From an uncultured Synergistales bacterium (lineage in GTDB: Bacteria > Synergistota > Synergistia > Synergistales > JAFGMB01), in the NCBI GenBank assembly GCA_964410915.1, contig CAYPIU010000001.1:150569-214568 (forward strand): a stretch of DNA of 64,000 bases. The letters are read 5' to 3'. Positions within the stretch are counted from its first letter, which is position 1, and each line of letters opens with the position of its first letter. Under the pieces are notes generated by a model. That model saw only the letters and a program-made list of their open reading frames with translations, was not told the origin of the DNA and did not search any database. Position numbers and translations under genes: made by a program. Below, piece by piece: positions 46,765 to 56,332 of the stretch.

Positions 46765-47775
46765 CTAATTCTGATCAGAGTTTTGTCGGGCTTTTTTTAT
46801 TGCCTTTTTATGTTCTTCGTAGGTCTTTGAAAAAATATGTCTGCCGTTAGCATCAGCGACGTAATAAAAAAAAGCGTGGTTTTCAGGATCAAGAGCTCCT
46901 AACCATGATTCATATGATGGAATGCATATGGGACCAGGCGGAAGACCTGTATTTTTATATGTATTATAAGGTGATTCTATCGTTAGATGCTTGTAAAGGA
47001 CTCTTTTGAGGACCTCTCCCCTGTTTTTCCAGGCATATATAATTGAGGCATCTATCTGGAGAGGCATCCCCTTTTTAAGTCTGTTAAATATTACCCCTGC
47101 GATAGTATTTCTCTCATCATCATATTGAGCTTCCTTTTCAATCAACGAAGCTATTATCGATAATCTTTCTATTTCTTCAAGTTTTCCTTTATCCTTAATT
47201 TCTTTTCCTACCCTTTTCCACCATTCTCCAGAAGATCTTTTCACTAATAGATCCGGTTCTAATTCAGGAAGAAAATAAGTATCCGGCAACATAAATGTCA
47301 CCCTTTTCTTTGCATTATCAGGAATAAACTGCATTAAAGCGGAAGGGAAATTACTATTCCTGTCAAGGGCAGATAAAAGAACCTCCCTTTTTGCAAAAAG
47401 CTTATTTACAGAGGTGAAATCGCTCCCGGGTATAATTGTCATTCTATCCCTGAAAGGTTTTGTTTCCATCATTTGACGTGCAACTTCCCAGGCACTCCCT
47501 CTCTTAAGGACATATCTGCCAGGCTGTATCTTCCTGTCGATATTATATTCCTGCATCCAGTAAGCGAGTCTATCTGAATTACTAATTAGCCCCGCTTCTT
47601 CGAAGAGTAAGCAGATCTCTCCTGCAGAGTAACCGGATGGTACAGTAACTTCAATAGTTTTATCTCCAGATGTAAACAACTGATCATTCCACCAGCTTGG
47701 GGGAATGATAAAAACAGAAATAAGATAAATTGCGGCCAGTAAGAGGACAATTACATCCATAAGCCCCTTTTTCAT
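46765..47775 (-). CDS. mltG: endolytic murein transglycosylase MltG (YceG family)
   Basis: N-terminal TM and the YceG core IASLIEKEA...ERNTIAGVIFNRLKKGMPLQIDASIIY...YNTYKNTGLPPGPI. ATG 47775 follows GAGGTG. The ORF is open from GTG 47784. Confidence 0.9.
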   Translation of the reverse strand: MKKGLMDVIVLLLAAIYLISVFIIPPSWWNDQLFTSGDKTIEVTVPSGYSAGEICLLFEEAGLISNSDRLAYWMQEYNIDRKIQPGRYVLKRGSAWEVARQMMETKPFRDRMTIIPGSDFTSVNKLFAKREVLLSALDRNSNFPSALMQFIPDNAKKRVTFMLPDTYFLPELEPDLLVKRSSGEWWKRVGKEIKDKGKLEEIERLSIIASLIEKEAQYDDERNTIAGVIFNRLKKGMPLQIDASIIYAWKNRGEVLKRVLYKHLTIESPYNTYKNTGLPPGPICIPSYESWLGALDPENHAFFYYVADANGRHIFSKTYEEHKKAIKKARQNSDQN

Positions 47776-47856
47776 AAATAACACCTCATAGGATCTTTAG
47801 TGGATTCACTACTTTAAAGAAAAATATTCTAATTACTGGATATTGGATCCAAAAGC

Positions 47857-49389
47857 TCAAAATAGCTTTCCCGTTATTTCTTCAACCTGGCTGATCATAT
47901 GTAAACCGTCAGCAAGTTCTCTTACTTTATTTATGTAAGGGTAAAGTACAGAGTCATGTTCAATGAAGGGTACTTCATTTCTTATGGCTTCGTACGCAGC
48001 TTTGGTACCAGAACCAGGCTGGCATGGCAAAGTGAATTCAAGAGCTTGAGCTGCTGTAAATAATTCTATTGCAATTACATTATAAGCATTTGACACAATG
48101 GATCTTGCCTTTCGTGAACTGTAAGTACCCATGGAGACGTGATCTTCCTGATTAGCAGAGGTTGGTATTGAATCGACTGATGAAGGATGGGCAAGGACCT
48201 TGTTTTCAGAAACAAGAGATGCAGATGTATACTGAGGGATCATGAAACCACTGTTCAAGCCACTATTTTTAACTAAAAATGGAGGTAATCCTGAAAGCTT
48301 ACTATCCACAAGCCTTGCAACCCGTCTTTCTGATATATTCGCTATTTCAGCAATCGAAATACCAAGAAAATCCATGGAAAGTGCTACAGGTTGTCCATGG
48401 AAATTTCCACCACTTATCGCTTCCATGTCTGAGGGGAAGATCAATGGGTTGTCAGTAACAGAATTGATCTCGATCTGAAGTTTCGTTCTTACATAATCTA
48501 TTGCATCGCGGCTCGCCCCATGAACCTGAGGGATACAGCGGAGTGAGTATGCATCCTGAACCCGCTCACTTTTATATTTCTCAATTATTTCACTGTCCTT
48601 TATCATTTTTCTTATGTTCGAAGCTACTCTTCTCTGTCCAAGATATGGCCTTAGTTCATGAGTTCTTGGATCAAAAGCATAAGGGACACCATGTAGAGCT
48701 TCAAGAGACAATGCTCCGGCTATATCAGAGATCTTTGACAGCTTATGACTGTCTGCTAAAGCAAGACATCCGACAGCAGTCATTACTGCAGTACCATTAT
48801 TCAGGGCAAGTCCCTCTTTTGGGGCAAGCTCAACAGGAGTAAGCCCAACTTTCCTGAGAGCATCCATTGTGGACATTTCCTGGCCTTTAAATATAACCTG
48901 CCCCTCACCTATCAGAGTAATTGCGAGATGAGAAAGAGGGCAAAGATCTCCACTGGCTCCAACTGAACCCTGTTCTGGTATAACAGGGTGAATGCCCAGA
49001 TTAAGGTAAGTTACCATTTGCTGAAGTGTAGGCATACTTATCCCTGAAAATCCTCTTATCAGGCTGTTGATCCTGAGAAGCATAATTGCTCTTACAATTT
49101 CTTCAGGGAACGGATCACCTACACCACAGGCATGGCTCTTAAGAAGATTTTCCTGCAGGACTTTGCTGTTCTCAGGAGAAATAACAACTGAAGCAAGATC
49201 ACCAAAACCGGTGTTAACACCGTAAATCACTTTATTGGAATTAGCCCAGTCTTCAACAATATCTGCACCTCTCTGGACAAAAGTGACTGCGGCAGGATCC
49301 AATGATACCTGATAATTATTACGTGCTACGTTAACAATATCTTCTATTGTCAATGAATGTCCTGTTAATTCGATCATTGGAACGGTCAT
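47857..49389 (-). CDS. hutH: histidine ammonia-lyase
   Basis: 510 aa with the MIO-forming Ala-Ser-Gly motif in GSVGASGDLCPLSH, plus YGVNTGFG and the HAL-type LLKSHACGVG. GGAGGTG RBS. Confidence 0.88.
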   Translation of the reverse strand: MTVPMIELTGHSLTIEDIVNVARNNYQVSLDPAAVTFVQRGADIVEDWANSNKVIYGVNTGFGDLASVVISPENSKVLQENLLKSHACGVGDPFPEEIVRAIMLLRINSLIRGFSGISMPTLQQMVTYLNLGIHPVIPEQGSVGASGDLCPLSHLAITLIGEGQVIFKGQEMSTMDALRKVGLTPVELAPKEGLALNNGTAVMTAVGCLALADSHKLSKISDIAGALSLEALHGVPYAFDPRTHELRPYLGQRRVASNIRKMIKDSEIIEKYKSERVQDAYSLRCIPQVHGASRDAIDYVRTKLQIEINSVTDNPLIFPSDMEAISGGNFHGQPVALSMDFLGISIAEIANISERRVARLVDSKLSGLPPFLVKNSGLNSGFMIPQYTSASLVSENKVLAHPSSVDSIPTSANQEDHVSMGTYSSRKARSIVSNAYNVIAIELFTAAQALEFTLPCQPGSGTKAAYEAIRNEVPFIEHDSVLYPYINKVRELADGLHMISQVEEITGKLF

Positions 49390-49438
49390 TCTTTCACCTC
49401 CGTATTGTAAGCATTAGTAAATATTATTCTATCAGTGC

Positions 49439-50437
49439 TCAAATTACAATGCCGTTATCAGTTCCGCAAAAACTACAATTACCGTTCCGGGTAAGGTTTT
49501 TAAGGACTGTTCGGTATCCTTTGCGTTCAAGGATCGTTTTACCACAATTCTTGCAAAAAGTTTTCACCGCTCCATCAATATTCCCTTTATATACATAATT
49601 AAGTTTACGGGTAGCTATGTCATGGAAACTATTCATCAGACCGATTGATGTAGGCGGTTTAAGCCATTTATAGGCAGGGAAATATCTACTTATGTGAAGA
49701 ATAATATCAGGAGATATTGAGGCTACCCAATTTACAAGATCATTAAATTCAGATTCATGATCATTAAATCCTGTTACAACAAGATGCGTCAATTCAAGAT
49801 GAATACCATAGTTAAAGAATATCTTAATATTTTTTTTAACTGTTTCCATATCTCCTCCTATGTATCGATATCCCTCATTAGAAAAAGATTTAAGATCAAC
49901 ATTCACTGCGTTAATATAAGGAAGGATCCCTTCCAATGGGGTTTTACAGATCATACCATTTGTAACAAGAATTATATCCAGATCATTTTTACGCAATATG
50001 GGTGCTGCATCAGCTATAAATTCATAATTGATCATTGGTTCATTATAAGTAAATGCAACACAGCTAAGATTACGCTCTTTAGCTATCCTTACAATATCGT
50101 CAGGATCAATTCTTGTGAGTTCAAGTTTTTCCATTCCGGATGCGATCTGCCAGTTCTGGCAGAAAGGACACCACATGTTGCACCCGATACTTCCAATTGA
50201 AAGAATCATGGAACCAGGTTTCCAGTGATAAAGTGGTTTCTTCTCAACCGGATCTGATGCAAGAGATGAAAAAAGGCCGTAACTTAAAGAGTAGAGTTCC
50301 CTGTCTTCTGTAAAGTTTCTAACTTTGCAAAGCCCGGTTTCAGAAGGATGTATCCTGCAGTGATGTGGACAGAGATCACATATGGCATCTCCATTATCAG
50401 GATGCCAGTATAAGGCTTTCCTAACGGGACCTCGCAT
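49439..50437 (-). CDS. amrS: AmmeMemoRadiSam system radical SAM enzyme
   Basis: N-terminal Cys motif CDLCPHHCRI..GLC and radical SAM CxxxCxxC (GCNMWCPFCQN). The C-terminal Cys pairs are CKNCG..CSFCG. ATG 50437 is preceded by GGAGGG at 7 nt. The ORF is open from TTG 50461. Confidence 0.85.
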   Translation of the reverse strand: MRGPVRKALYWHPDNGDAICDLCPHHCRIHPSETGLCKVRNFTEDRELYSLSYGLFSSLASDPVEKKPLYHWKPGSMILSIGSIGCNMWCPFCQNWQIASGMEKLELTRIDPDDIVRIAKERNLSCVAFTYNEPMINYEFIADAAPILRKNDLDIILVTNGMICKTPLEGILPYINAVNVDLKSFSNEGYRYIGGDMETVKKNIKIFFNYGIHLELTHLVVTGFNDHESEFNDLVNWVASISPDIILHISRYFPAYKWLKPPTSIGLMNSFHDIATRKLNYVYKGNIDGAVKTFCKNCGKTILERKGYRTVLKNLTRNGNCSFCGTDNGIVI

Positions 50438-50457
50438 AAATAATCCCTCCTGTTGAT

Positions 50458-51777
50458 TCAATGTATGTTAGTTTCTGAATGACGTTCTACGGTAAACTTG
50501 AATATATTAGAATCCTGAATGCTGGTAATACCAGCTTTAGCTGCTGCAATTGACAATTGTTGCTCAACTGTTTTGACCTCCTTAAGATCTGGAAGGAGTA
50601 CTCCCTTATGAAATCCTTTTTGAATAATTACACCGTATATTTTGGGGTCAAGTTCAGAAATATCATTGATCAGCAATGGCTCTGAAAGGATATCCACAGA
50701 AACAGTAATATTATTAAGCTCGGAACTTTTCAGTGATGGGAAACGTGGGTCTTTCGTCGCAGCAGAAATTGCGTTTGCAATTATTTCTTCGGCTAATGTT
50801 TCATTTACCGGATCGATTGTACCGATACAACCCCGGAGGTTTCCATCAGATGATCTTATAGTTACAAAACATCCGGCTGGTTTGTACATCCTGTCTTCAC
50901 TCATATCTGATAATTCAGGAATTTGCCCATGTCTGATATAGCCGCTGATCGTTTTTTTGACAAGAGATACATATACATCGTGATCTTCGTTAGAAGATAT
51001 ATTTACTGTATGTGCTACACAATAACCTACACCAAAAGGTCCTTCATGAGATAGGACTTTAAAGGGGACTCTGGAGAATACTCCCATGAGGACAAGTACC
51101 GATCTTAATCCACATTCCGCTGCATTTTGAAGAAACTGTGGAGGTAATTCCAGAATACCTTGCGGATCATTATTTTCAAGAGCATGAACGATTTTCTGGT
51201 CAAATAATTTTCCATCATTATGAAATCCTCCAGGAGCACCTCTTTTAAGGCTATGTGAGAGATCTCCGCTTGCAAGAACTGCGTAATTATCTCCTTCTGA
51301 TATTTTTTCAAGTAACTTTCCTGCTTTGTAAGCAAGATCGGGCGAAAGTCCAATTGGATTTATTAATATGACAGGAGGTAAATATTTCCATTGTTTTTCA
51401 AAATAATATAATGGGACAATACTACCATGGTCAAGTAAAGCTTTTTTACTTGTTTCGATTGTCACCGGGATCTGTTCTGAAAGTATATCTGCCAGTTTAT
51501 GACCCTTTTCCATTGATCCGCTAAGTGTCATTGAGATCTCAGGAACACCGAACATTCCCAGATTGCCATCATATTCTGGTGCAAGAATGAAATGTAACCC
51601 CCTGCTGTAGTTATTGTGAGGTGAAATAACGATAAATAGATCTGGTATTCTATCCTTAAATTCTTCTGTCAATTGTTTCATTGCAATTATCGTATGATCA
51701 GCTTCATGTTCTTTTCCCCTACCCACCTCGGGTATTATTATCGGTGGATGCGGTACAAGACATCCCCAATTCCACAT
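50458..51777 (-). CDS. amrA: fusion protein: N-terminal class-III extradiol dioxygenase/Memo-superfamily domain plus C-terminal AMMECR1 domain (AmmeMemoRadiSam system protein A type)
   Basis: 439 aa. Residues 1 to about 260 carry VPHPPIIIPE, LLDHGSIVPL, ASGDLSH and AECG (LigB/Memo-type fold motifs). Residues about 270-439 carry the AMMECR1 signature GCFVTIRS.DGNLRGCIGT and DPRFP. Confidence 0.85.
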   Translation of the reverse strand: MWNWGCLVPHPPIIIPEVGRGKEHEADHTIIAMKQLTEEFKDRIPDLFIVISPHNNYSRGLHFILAPEYDGNLGMFGVPEISMTLSGSMEKGHKLADILSEQIPVTIETSKKALLDHGSIVPLYYFEKQWKYLPPVILINPIGLSPDLAYKAGKLLEKISEGDNYAVLASGDLSHSLKRGAPGGFHNDGKLFDQKIVHALENNDPQGILELPPQFLQNAAECGLRSVLVLMGVFSRVPFKVLSHEGPFGVGYCVAHTVNISSNEDHDVYVSLVKKTISGYIRHGQIPELSDMSEDRMYKPAGCFVTIRSSDGNLRGCIGTIDPVNETLAEEIIANAISAATKDPRFPSLKSSELNNITVSVDILSEPLLINDISELDPKIYGVIIQKGFHKGVLLPDLKEVKTVEQQLSIAAAKAGITSIQDSNIFKFTVERHSETNIH

Positions 51778-51899
51778 AATTTACACGTCCCTTCCCGGCT
51801 TTATTAACTTTTGGGCTGTGGAATGTAAAAATGATAATTTATGCATTATTACTATATTATAATTCAGATGCAGGGGTAAGTGTGAAGCAGATTTAAAGA

Positions 51900-52946
51900 T
51901 CAGATTATTAACATTGCATCTCCAAAAGAAAAGAATCTGTAATTTCTTTTAACTGCCTGATCATAGGCGTTCATTACATGTTCTTTTCCTGCAAATGCGG
52001 AAACGAGCATTAAAAGTGTACTTTTAGGCAAATGAAAGTTTGTAAGCATTAGATCAACTTTTTTAAAACTGTATCCCGGGTAAATGAAGAGGCGGGTCAT
52101 TTCCCCACCAGCACGTGTAATACCATGGTTATCCGTCATTGATTCAAGAGTTCTTACTACAGTTGTTCCAGCAGCAATAACCCTTCCCCTGTTTTCATTA
52201 AGAACTCGGGCTGTCTCATCTGGTATTTCACAATATTCATCATGTATTTGATGTTCTCTTATATCATTGACCTTTACGGGTCTGAATGTGCCCAGTCCGA
52301 CATGAAGGGTAACCCAGGCTATTTTTACGCCGATCTTTGCTATTTCCTCAAGGATATCCTCACTAAAGTGAAGACTTGCTGTAGGTGCTGCTGCAGAACC
52401 TTCCCGGGAAGCAAAAACGGTTTGATACTCAGAAGCTCTTATATTCCTGTTACTTATGTATGGAGGCAATGGGATCTGACCTGTCCTTGAAAGTAATCCA
52501 GGGACATCCGTTTCCTGGCTGAAACTTATCAATCTTGTTCCGCCTTCACTTCTGTCACCAATATCTACTCTTGTTCCATCATTTAATTCAACGAAAGATC
52601 CAGGTTTAAGTTTCTTGCCCGGTCTTACAAGTGCTTCCCAATTCTTTTTCTGATCGTCCAGAGGTCTGAGTAATAAAAGCTCGACTTTTGCTGTTCCTGA
52701 ACCCTTAATACCTGAAAGTCTTGCTGGAATTACTTTTGTATTGTTCAAGACAAGGATATCTCCCTGTTGGAAATAATTGATTATTTCCCGGAAGTTTTTA
52801 TGCTGTAAATTACCAGAGTCCCTGTCCAGAACCATAAGCCTGGAAGTGTCTCTTGGCTCAGCTGGAGCCTGAGCTATTAATTCCTCAGGAAGAAAATAAT
52901 CATATTGATCTGTATGATACGTTTCTGAACTCATATTAACATTCAC
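51900..52946 (-). CDS. queA: S-adenosylmethionine:tRNA ribosyltransferase-isomerase
   Basis: Motifs DYFLPEELIAQ.P, LPPYI, TAAPTASLHF, VGLGTF and RFFSFGDAMLI. Confidence 0.93.
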   Translation of the reverse strand: MNVNMSSETYHTDQYDYFLPEELIAQAPAEPRDTSRLMVLDRDSGNLQHKNFREIINYFQQGDILVLNNTKVIPARLSGIKGSGTAKVELLLLRPLDDQKKNWEALVRPGKKLKPGSFVELNDGTRVDIGDRSEGGTRLISFSQETDVPGLLSRTGQIPLPPYISNRNIRASEYQTVFASREGSAAAPTASLHFSEDILEEIAKIGVKIAWVTLHVGLGTFRPVKVNDIREHQIHDEYCEIPDETARVLNENRGRVIAAGTTVVRTLESMTDNHGITRAGGEMTRLFIYPGYSFKKVDLMLTNFHLPKSTLLMLVSAFAGKEHVMNAYDQAVKRNYRFFSFGDAMLII

Positions 52947-52992
52947 TCAATTCTTTTTTTTAGAAATTAACAGATTAAAGCAACCTGTTTTT

Positions 52993-54405
52993 TCAATATA
53001 TCTTTTCAAGCCTGGTTCCCGGAAAATAGTGTTCCAGGATCCTGCGTGCTTTCCATCCCCTTTGTGCAAGATTACGTGCACCCCATTGAGAGAGGCCAAC
53101 ACCATGCCCCCAGCCATTTCCATGAAAAGTAAAGGAGTTATTTTCAGGATCTATTAAGGAAGGTGACTGATCACTGAAATCCCGTTTTGGAGGTTTTCTA
53201 TTAACCGCTTTCAGAAGATACTTCTTTCTTGTTGAGGGATTAAGAAGCATATCTATCATTTCCTTTGAATTGAAATATCCCTGTTTTGTCAAAACGGTCA
53301 TAAGCTTTTCTTCACTTGAGTTCAGCTCAAGTGAATGTTCATCTATGAAAGATAATTCAGGTGCAGGAAGTTCCTGAGTATTAACCGTAAAGGTTTTACT
53401 TTCAGTTCTATTTTGTTTCTTTGAATCTATTGTAAAGAAAGTACTTTTCAGTTTTTTTGCTCCAACCGCCATTCTGAAGGTATGTGCCTTAATAATTGTT
53501 TTTCCGTTTGTACCTTTTACCAGAATTTTATTTACTCTTCCAAAAGGGTCTTTCTCATAGATTCTGATGCCTGTGACTGTACCTACGTTTTTTCCAACCC
53601 TGGAAGAAGCTCTCTGGATATCATTGCAACTAAGTTTCACCTGCCAATCAGAATATGGGGATTTATAGTTAAAAGGTTCTTTAGAACCTTTCAGATATGG
53701 AATAGAACTGCTCCATACTGTTGCAACATTAGCTGTCGCGCCGCCACTGTCCGAATGAAAAAAGGTTGAAGCAATATCATTACCATATTTCAGAATCATG
53801 CCATCAGTTTGTTTTATTGCCCGGTCAAGAGTTGAGTCCTCAGCATTAACTCCCCTGTAAACCTGACAATGTGGTTTTGCGCAGATATCAAAACCGTCTT
53901 TAGCATGACGCCCCTTATGTTTTATAGCATAGGTACGTGATATTATTGCCTGGGCCTTGAGGGATTCCATTGGCCAGCCAGGATTTACTTCCATTTTCAG
54001 AACTCCCCTTAGATACTGTTCGAGCTCTATCCTGTTTGTAAGCGTCATTCCTCTTTTAGAATTCAGAATCTGAAAATAACCCCGATATTTTCTCTTATCA
54101 TAGGTTAACAGAGATTTACTGTAGATCTTAACAGGAAGAAGAAAGTTTTTGTTATTGACTTGTACTTTATCAGAAGATCGTTTTGTAAAAACGGAACTTC
54201 TGCTTACAGATGATCTATTCCCCATTTTATCGATTAACACCAATGAACTTGATGAGGATATTCGAAGTGAAGTAACATTCGTAGATAGCCCAACGGATAT
54301 TTCCATTGAATGGGCTGTTGATACTGAAATTAGAAATACAATTATTAGAGTTGAAAAAACTATTATTATATCTTTTCTTAGCTTCATCGTAAAAATCCAC
54401 TCCAT
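52993..54405 (-). CDS. spoIID: SpoIID/LytB domain-containing protein
   Basis: Signal/TM N-terminus and motifs LEQYLRGV...E....P.E.LKAQAI..RTYA, CQVYRG, FHS.SGG.T and GWGHGVGLSQWGA. An extra segment of about 95 aa precedes the last motif. Confidence 0.85.
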   Translation of the reverse strand: MEWIFTMKLRKDIIIVFSTLIIVFLISVSTAHSMEISVGLSTNVTSLRISSSSSLVLIDKMGNRSSVSRSSVFTKRSSDKVQVNNKNFLLPVKIYSKSLLTYDKRKYRGYFQILNSKRGMTLTNRIELEQYLRGVLKMEVNPGWPMESLKAQAIISRTYAIKHKGRHAKDGFDICAKPHCQVYRGVNAEDSTLDRAIKQTDGMILKYGNDIASTFFHSDSGGATANVATVWSSSIPYLKGSKEPFNYKSPYSDWQVKLSCNDIQRASSRVGKNVGTVTGIRIYEKDPFGRVNKILVKGTNGKTIIKAHTFRMAVGAKKLKSTFFTIDSKKQNRTESKTFTVNTQELPAPELSFIDEHSLELNSSEEKLMTVLTKQGYFNSKEMIDMLLNPSTRKKYLLKAVNRKPPKRDFSDQSPSLIDPENNSFTFHGNGWGHGVGLSQWGARNLAQRGWKARRILEHYFPGTRLEKIY

Positions 54406-54412
54406 TCCAGTC

Positions 54413-54646
54413 TTATTTGAAAAAGCGTAATATCAGATTTATAAGTAACGTAAGAATAAGACTTATGATCAACATGGTTGTTATTGGGGCAAAAATAGTA
54501 AATCTGCCTTTTTTGAAAAATATGTCCCCAGGTAAATTACCGGGGGAAAAAGGTAATTTATCCAAAAAGAAAAAGATTAAGCCTGAGATAATAAGCACAA
54601 AACCAGCAAGGATAAGGGATCTTGCCAGGTTAGCCAATTGAGGCAC
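54413..54646 (-). CDS. DUF2905-family small membrane protein
   Basis: 77 aa with two TM segments flanking LPGDIFFKKG.FTIFAP. Typical position downstream of ruvB. Confidence 0.7.
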   Translation of the reverse strand: MPQLANLARSLILAGFVLIISGLIFFFLDKLPFSPGNLPGDIFFKKGRFTIFAPITTMLIISLILTLLINLILRFFK

Positions 54647-54656
54647 TCCTCGCTAT

Positions 54657-55703
54657 TCAGGATAAATGATCTCCATCAAGACCAAATGAGAATTGCCGGG
54701 TTTCCGGTATGGATAGACCGAGATACTCAAAAGCTTTGCCGGTAGCTTTTCTTCCCCTTGGAGTTCTTTCTATGAAGCCGTTCTGAATGAGAAAAGGTTC
54801 GTAGATATCTTCAAGAGTCTGTTGCTCTTCATTGAGCGCAGCTGAAATTGTTGAAAGACCTACAGGACCACCACCAAAAAGTTCGACCAGTACTTTAAGG
54901 ATCTTACGATCCCCTTCATCAAGGCCATTCTCGTCAAGCCCAAGCATATCAAGAGCAGTTTGAGTAGTTGGCATGTCAATAAAATCTTTATTTCTAACCT
55001 CTGCAACATCCCGGACCCTTCTTAAAAGCCGTAGTGCAACCCTTGGTGTCCCGCGTGAGCGTTTTGCAATTACTTCGGAAGCTTTTGAGTCTATTTTTAC
55101 ATTAAGTACATCTGCTCCTCTGGTTATGATCTCTGAAAGCTTTTCAGAAGAATAAAGGGATAACTGTTCCACAATGCCGAACCGGGCTCTTAAAGGTGAA
55201 GTTAGAAGTCCAAGCCGGGTAGTTGCTCCAACAAGGGTAAATTGAGGTAAAGGAATACAGATATTATTTGCAAGCGGCCCTTTCCCTACTACAATATGCA
55301 GATTATAGTCTTCCATTCCAGAATAAAGGATCTCCTCTACACTTGAAGGTAACCTGTGAATCTCATCAATGAATAAAACATCGTTATCTTCGAGGTTTGA
55401 TAATATGGCTGCGAGATCACCGGCTCTTTCAAGTGCAGGGCCTGTTGTAACACGGAGCTGGCCGTTCATTTCATTTGCAATTATTCCAGCCAGGGTTGTC
55501 TTACCCAATCCTGGTGGCCCATAGAAAAGTGAGTGATCTAACGCTTCACATCTGTTTCTGGCAGCCTGTATATATATTTTGAGCTTTTCCTTGAGTTGAT
55601 CCTGTCCAATGAAATCATCAAGCGATTCGGGTCTGATCCGTACGTCTTCGGTTTCATTCGGATTTATTGAGTTAAATACCCTGTTTTTTTCTTTTTCATA
55701 CAA
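54657..55703 (-). CDS. ruvB: Holliday junction branch migration DNA helicase RuvB
   Basis: Motifs RP..L.DFIGQ, Walker A GPPGLGKTT, Walker B FIDEIHRL and sensor RGTPRVA. TTG start after AAGGTGGG. Confidence 0.95.
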   Translation of the reverse strand: MYEKEKNRVFNSINPNETEDVRIRPESLDDFIGQDQLKEKLKIYIQAARNRCEALDHSLFYGPPGLGKTTLAGIIANEMNGQLRVTTGPALERAGDLAAILSNLEDNDVLFIDEIHRLPSSVEEILYSGMEDYNLHIVVGKGPLANNICIPLPQFTLVGATTRLGLLTSPLRARFGIVEQLSLYSSEKLSEIITRGADVLNVKIDSKASEVIAKRSRGTPRVALRLLRRVRDVAEVRNKDFIDMPTTQTALDMLGLDENGLDEGDRKILKVLVELFGGGPVGLSTISAALNEEQQTLEDIYEPFLIQNGFIERTPRGRKATGKAFEYLGLSIPETRQFSFGLDGDHLS

Positions 55704-55716
55704 AATTCAGCCCACC

Positions 55717-56325
55717 TTAACCCTTGTTAAGTTCTTTTAAAGCAGCCTTGATCATTTGGCCTTCATCCATTTCAGAAAATTCTTCACCTGATGTTCTTGC
55801 AATTCTGGCAAGGGTATGGTTAATGTCAGCAGTAGAAAAACCGAGAGATCGAAGAGCTTCTATTACAGTTGCTCTGGTAAGCCCCTGTTTGGAGGGCATT
55901 TTAGAAGATGATGTTTCCAGATCCTTGCCGGCAAGATATCTGTTAAGTTCAAAACAGATTCTTTCCGCGGTTTTTTTGCCAATGCCTGAAATACGGGAAA
56001 ACACATCTGTCTGTGAGTTAAGAGCAGCATTGACAATCATATCAACATCGAGATTTCTCAATACAGTGAGAGCAAGTTTACCTCCTACTCCTTTTATAGA
56101 AATAAGCTTTAAAAACAGCTCTCGTTCCTGCTCATCTGAAAATCCAAAAAGAAATACCCCATTTTCGGAAAACTGAAGGTGAGTAATTATCCTTGCTGTT
56201 TCAGCATTGTTACAAATATCCAGAGCGGATGCGGAGCAGTTAATTTCAAAGCCCAATCCGTTAACGTCAATTACTGCATATTCAGACCCGACATTGATCA
56301 CTTTACCTTCAATACATTTCAACAT
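55717..56325 (-). CDS. ruvA: Holliday junction DNA helicase RuvA
   Basis: 202 aa with an OB N-domain (VNGLGFEI), HhH motifs (ISIKGVGGKLAL, ISGIGKKTAERI) and C-terminal domain III. Confidence 0.92.
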   Translation of the reverse strand: MLKCIEGKVINVGSEYAVIDVNGLGFEINCSASALDICNNAETARIITHLQFSENGVFLFGFSDEQERELFLKLISIKGVGGKLALTVLRNLDVDMIVNAALNSQTDVFSRISGIGKKTAERICFELNRYLAGKDLETSSSKMPSKQGLTRATVIEALRSLGFSTADINHTLARIARTSGEEFSEMDEGQMIKAALKELNKG

Positions 56326-56332
56326 TCTGTAT

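Noticed and set aside
49757-50200. 147-aa plus-strand ORF inside the radical SAM gene, together with the 150-aa ORF at 55724-56176 inside ruvA.
   Set aside because: Both lie antisense to genes with unambiguous family motifs. Neither has an RBS or a recognisable domain.
51778-51899. A possible promoter for the Amr genes on the minus strand (TTCACA-N19-TATAAT).
   Set aside because: A 19-nt spacer is outside the usual 16-18 range. There are many TATAAT-like strings in this AT-rich spacer, so the support is not strong enough to list it as a feature.
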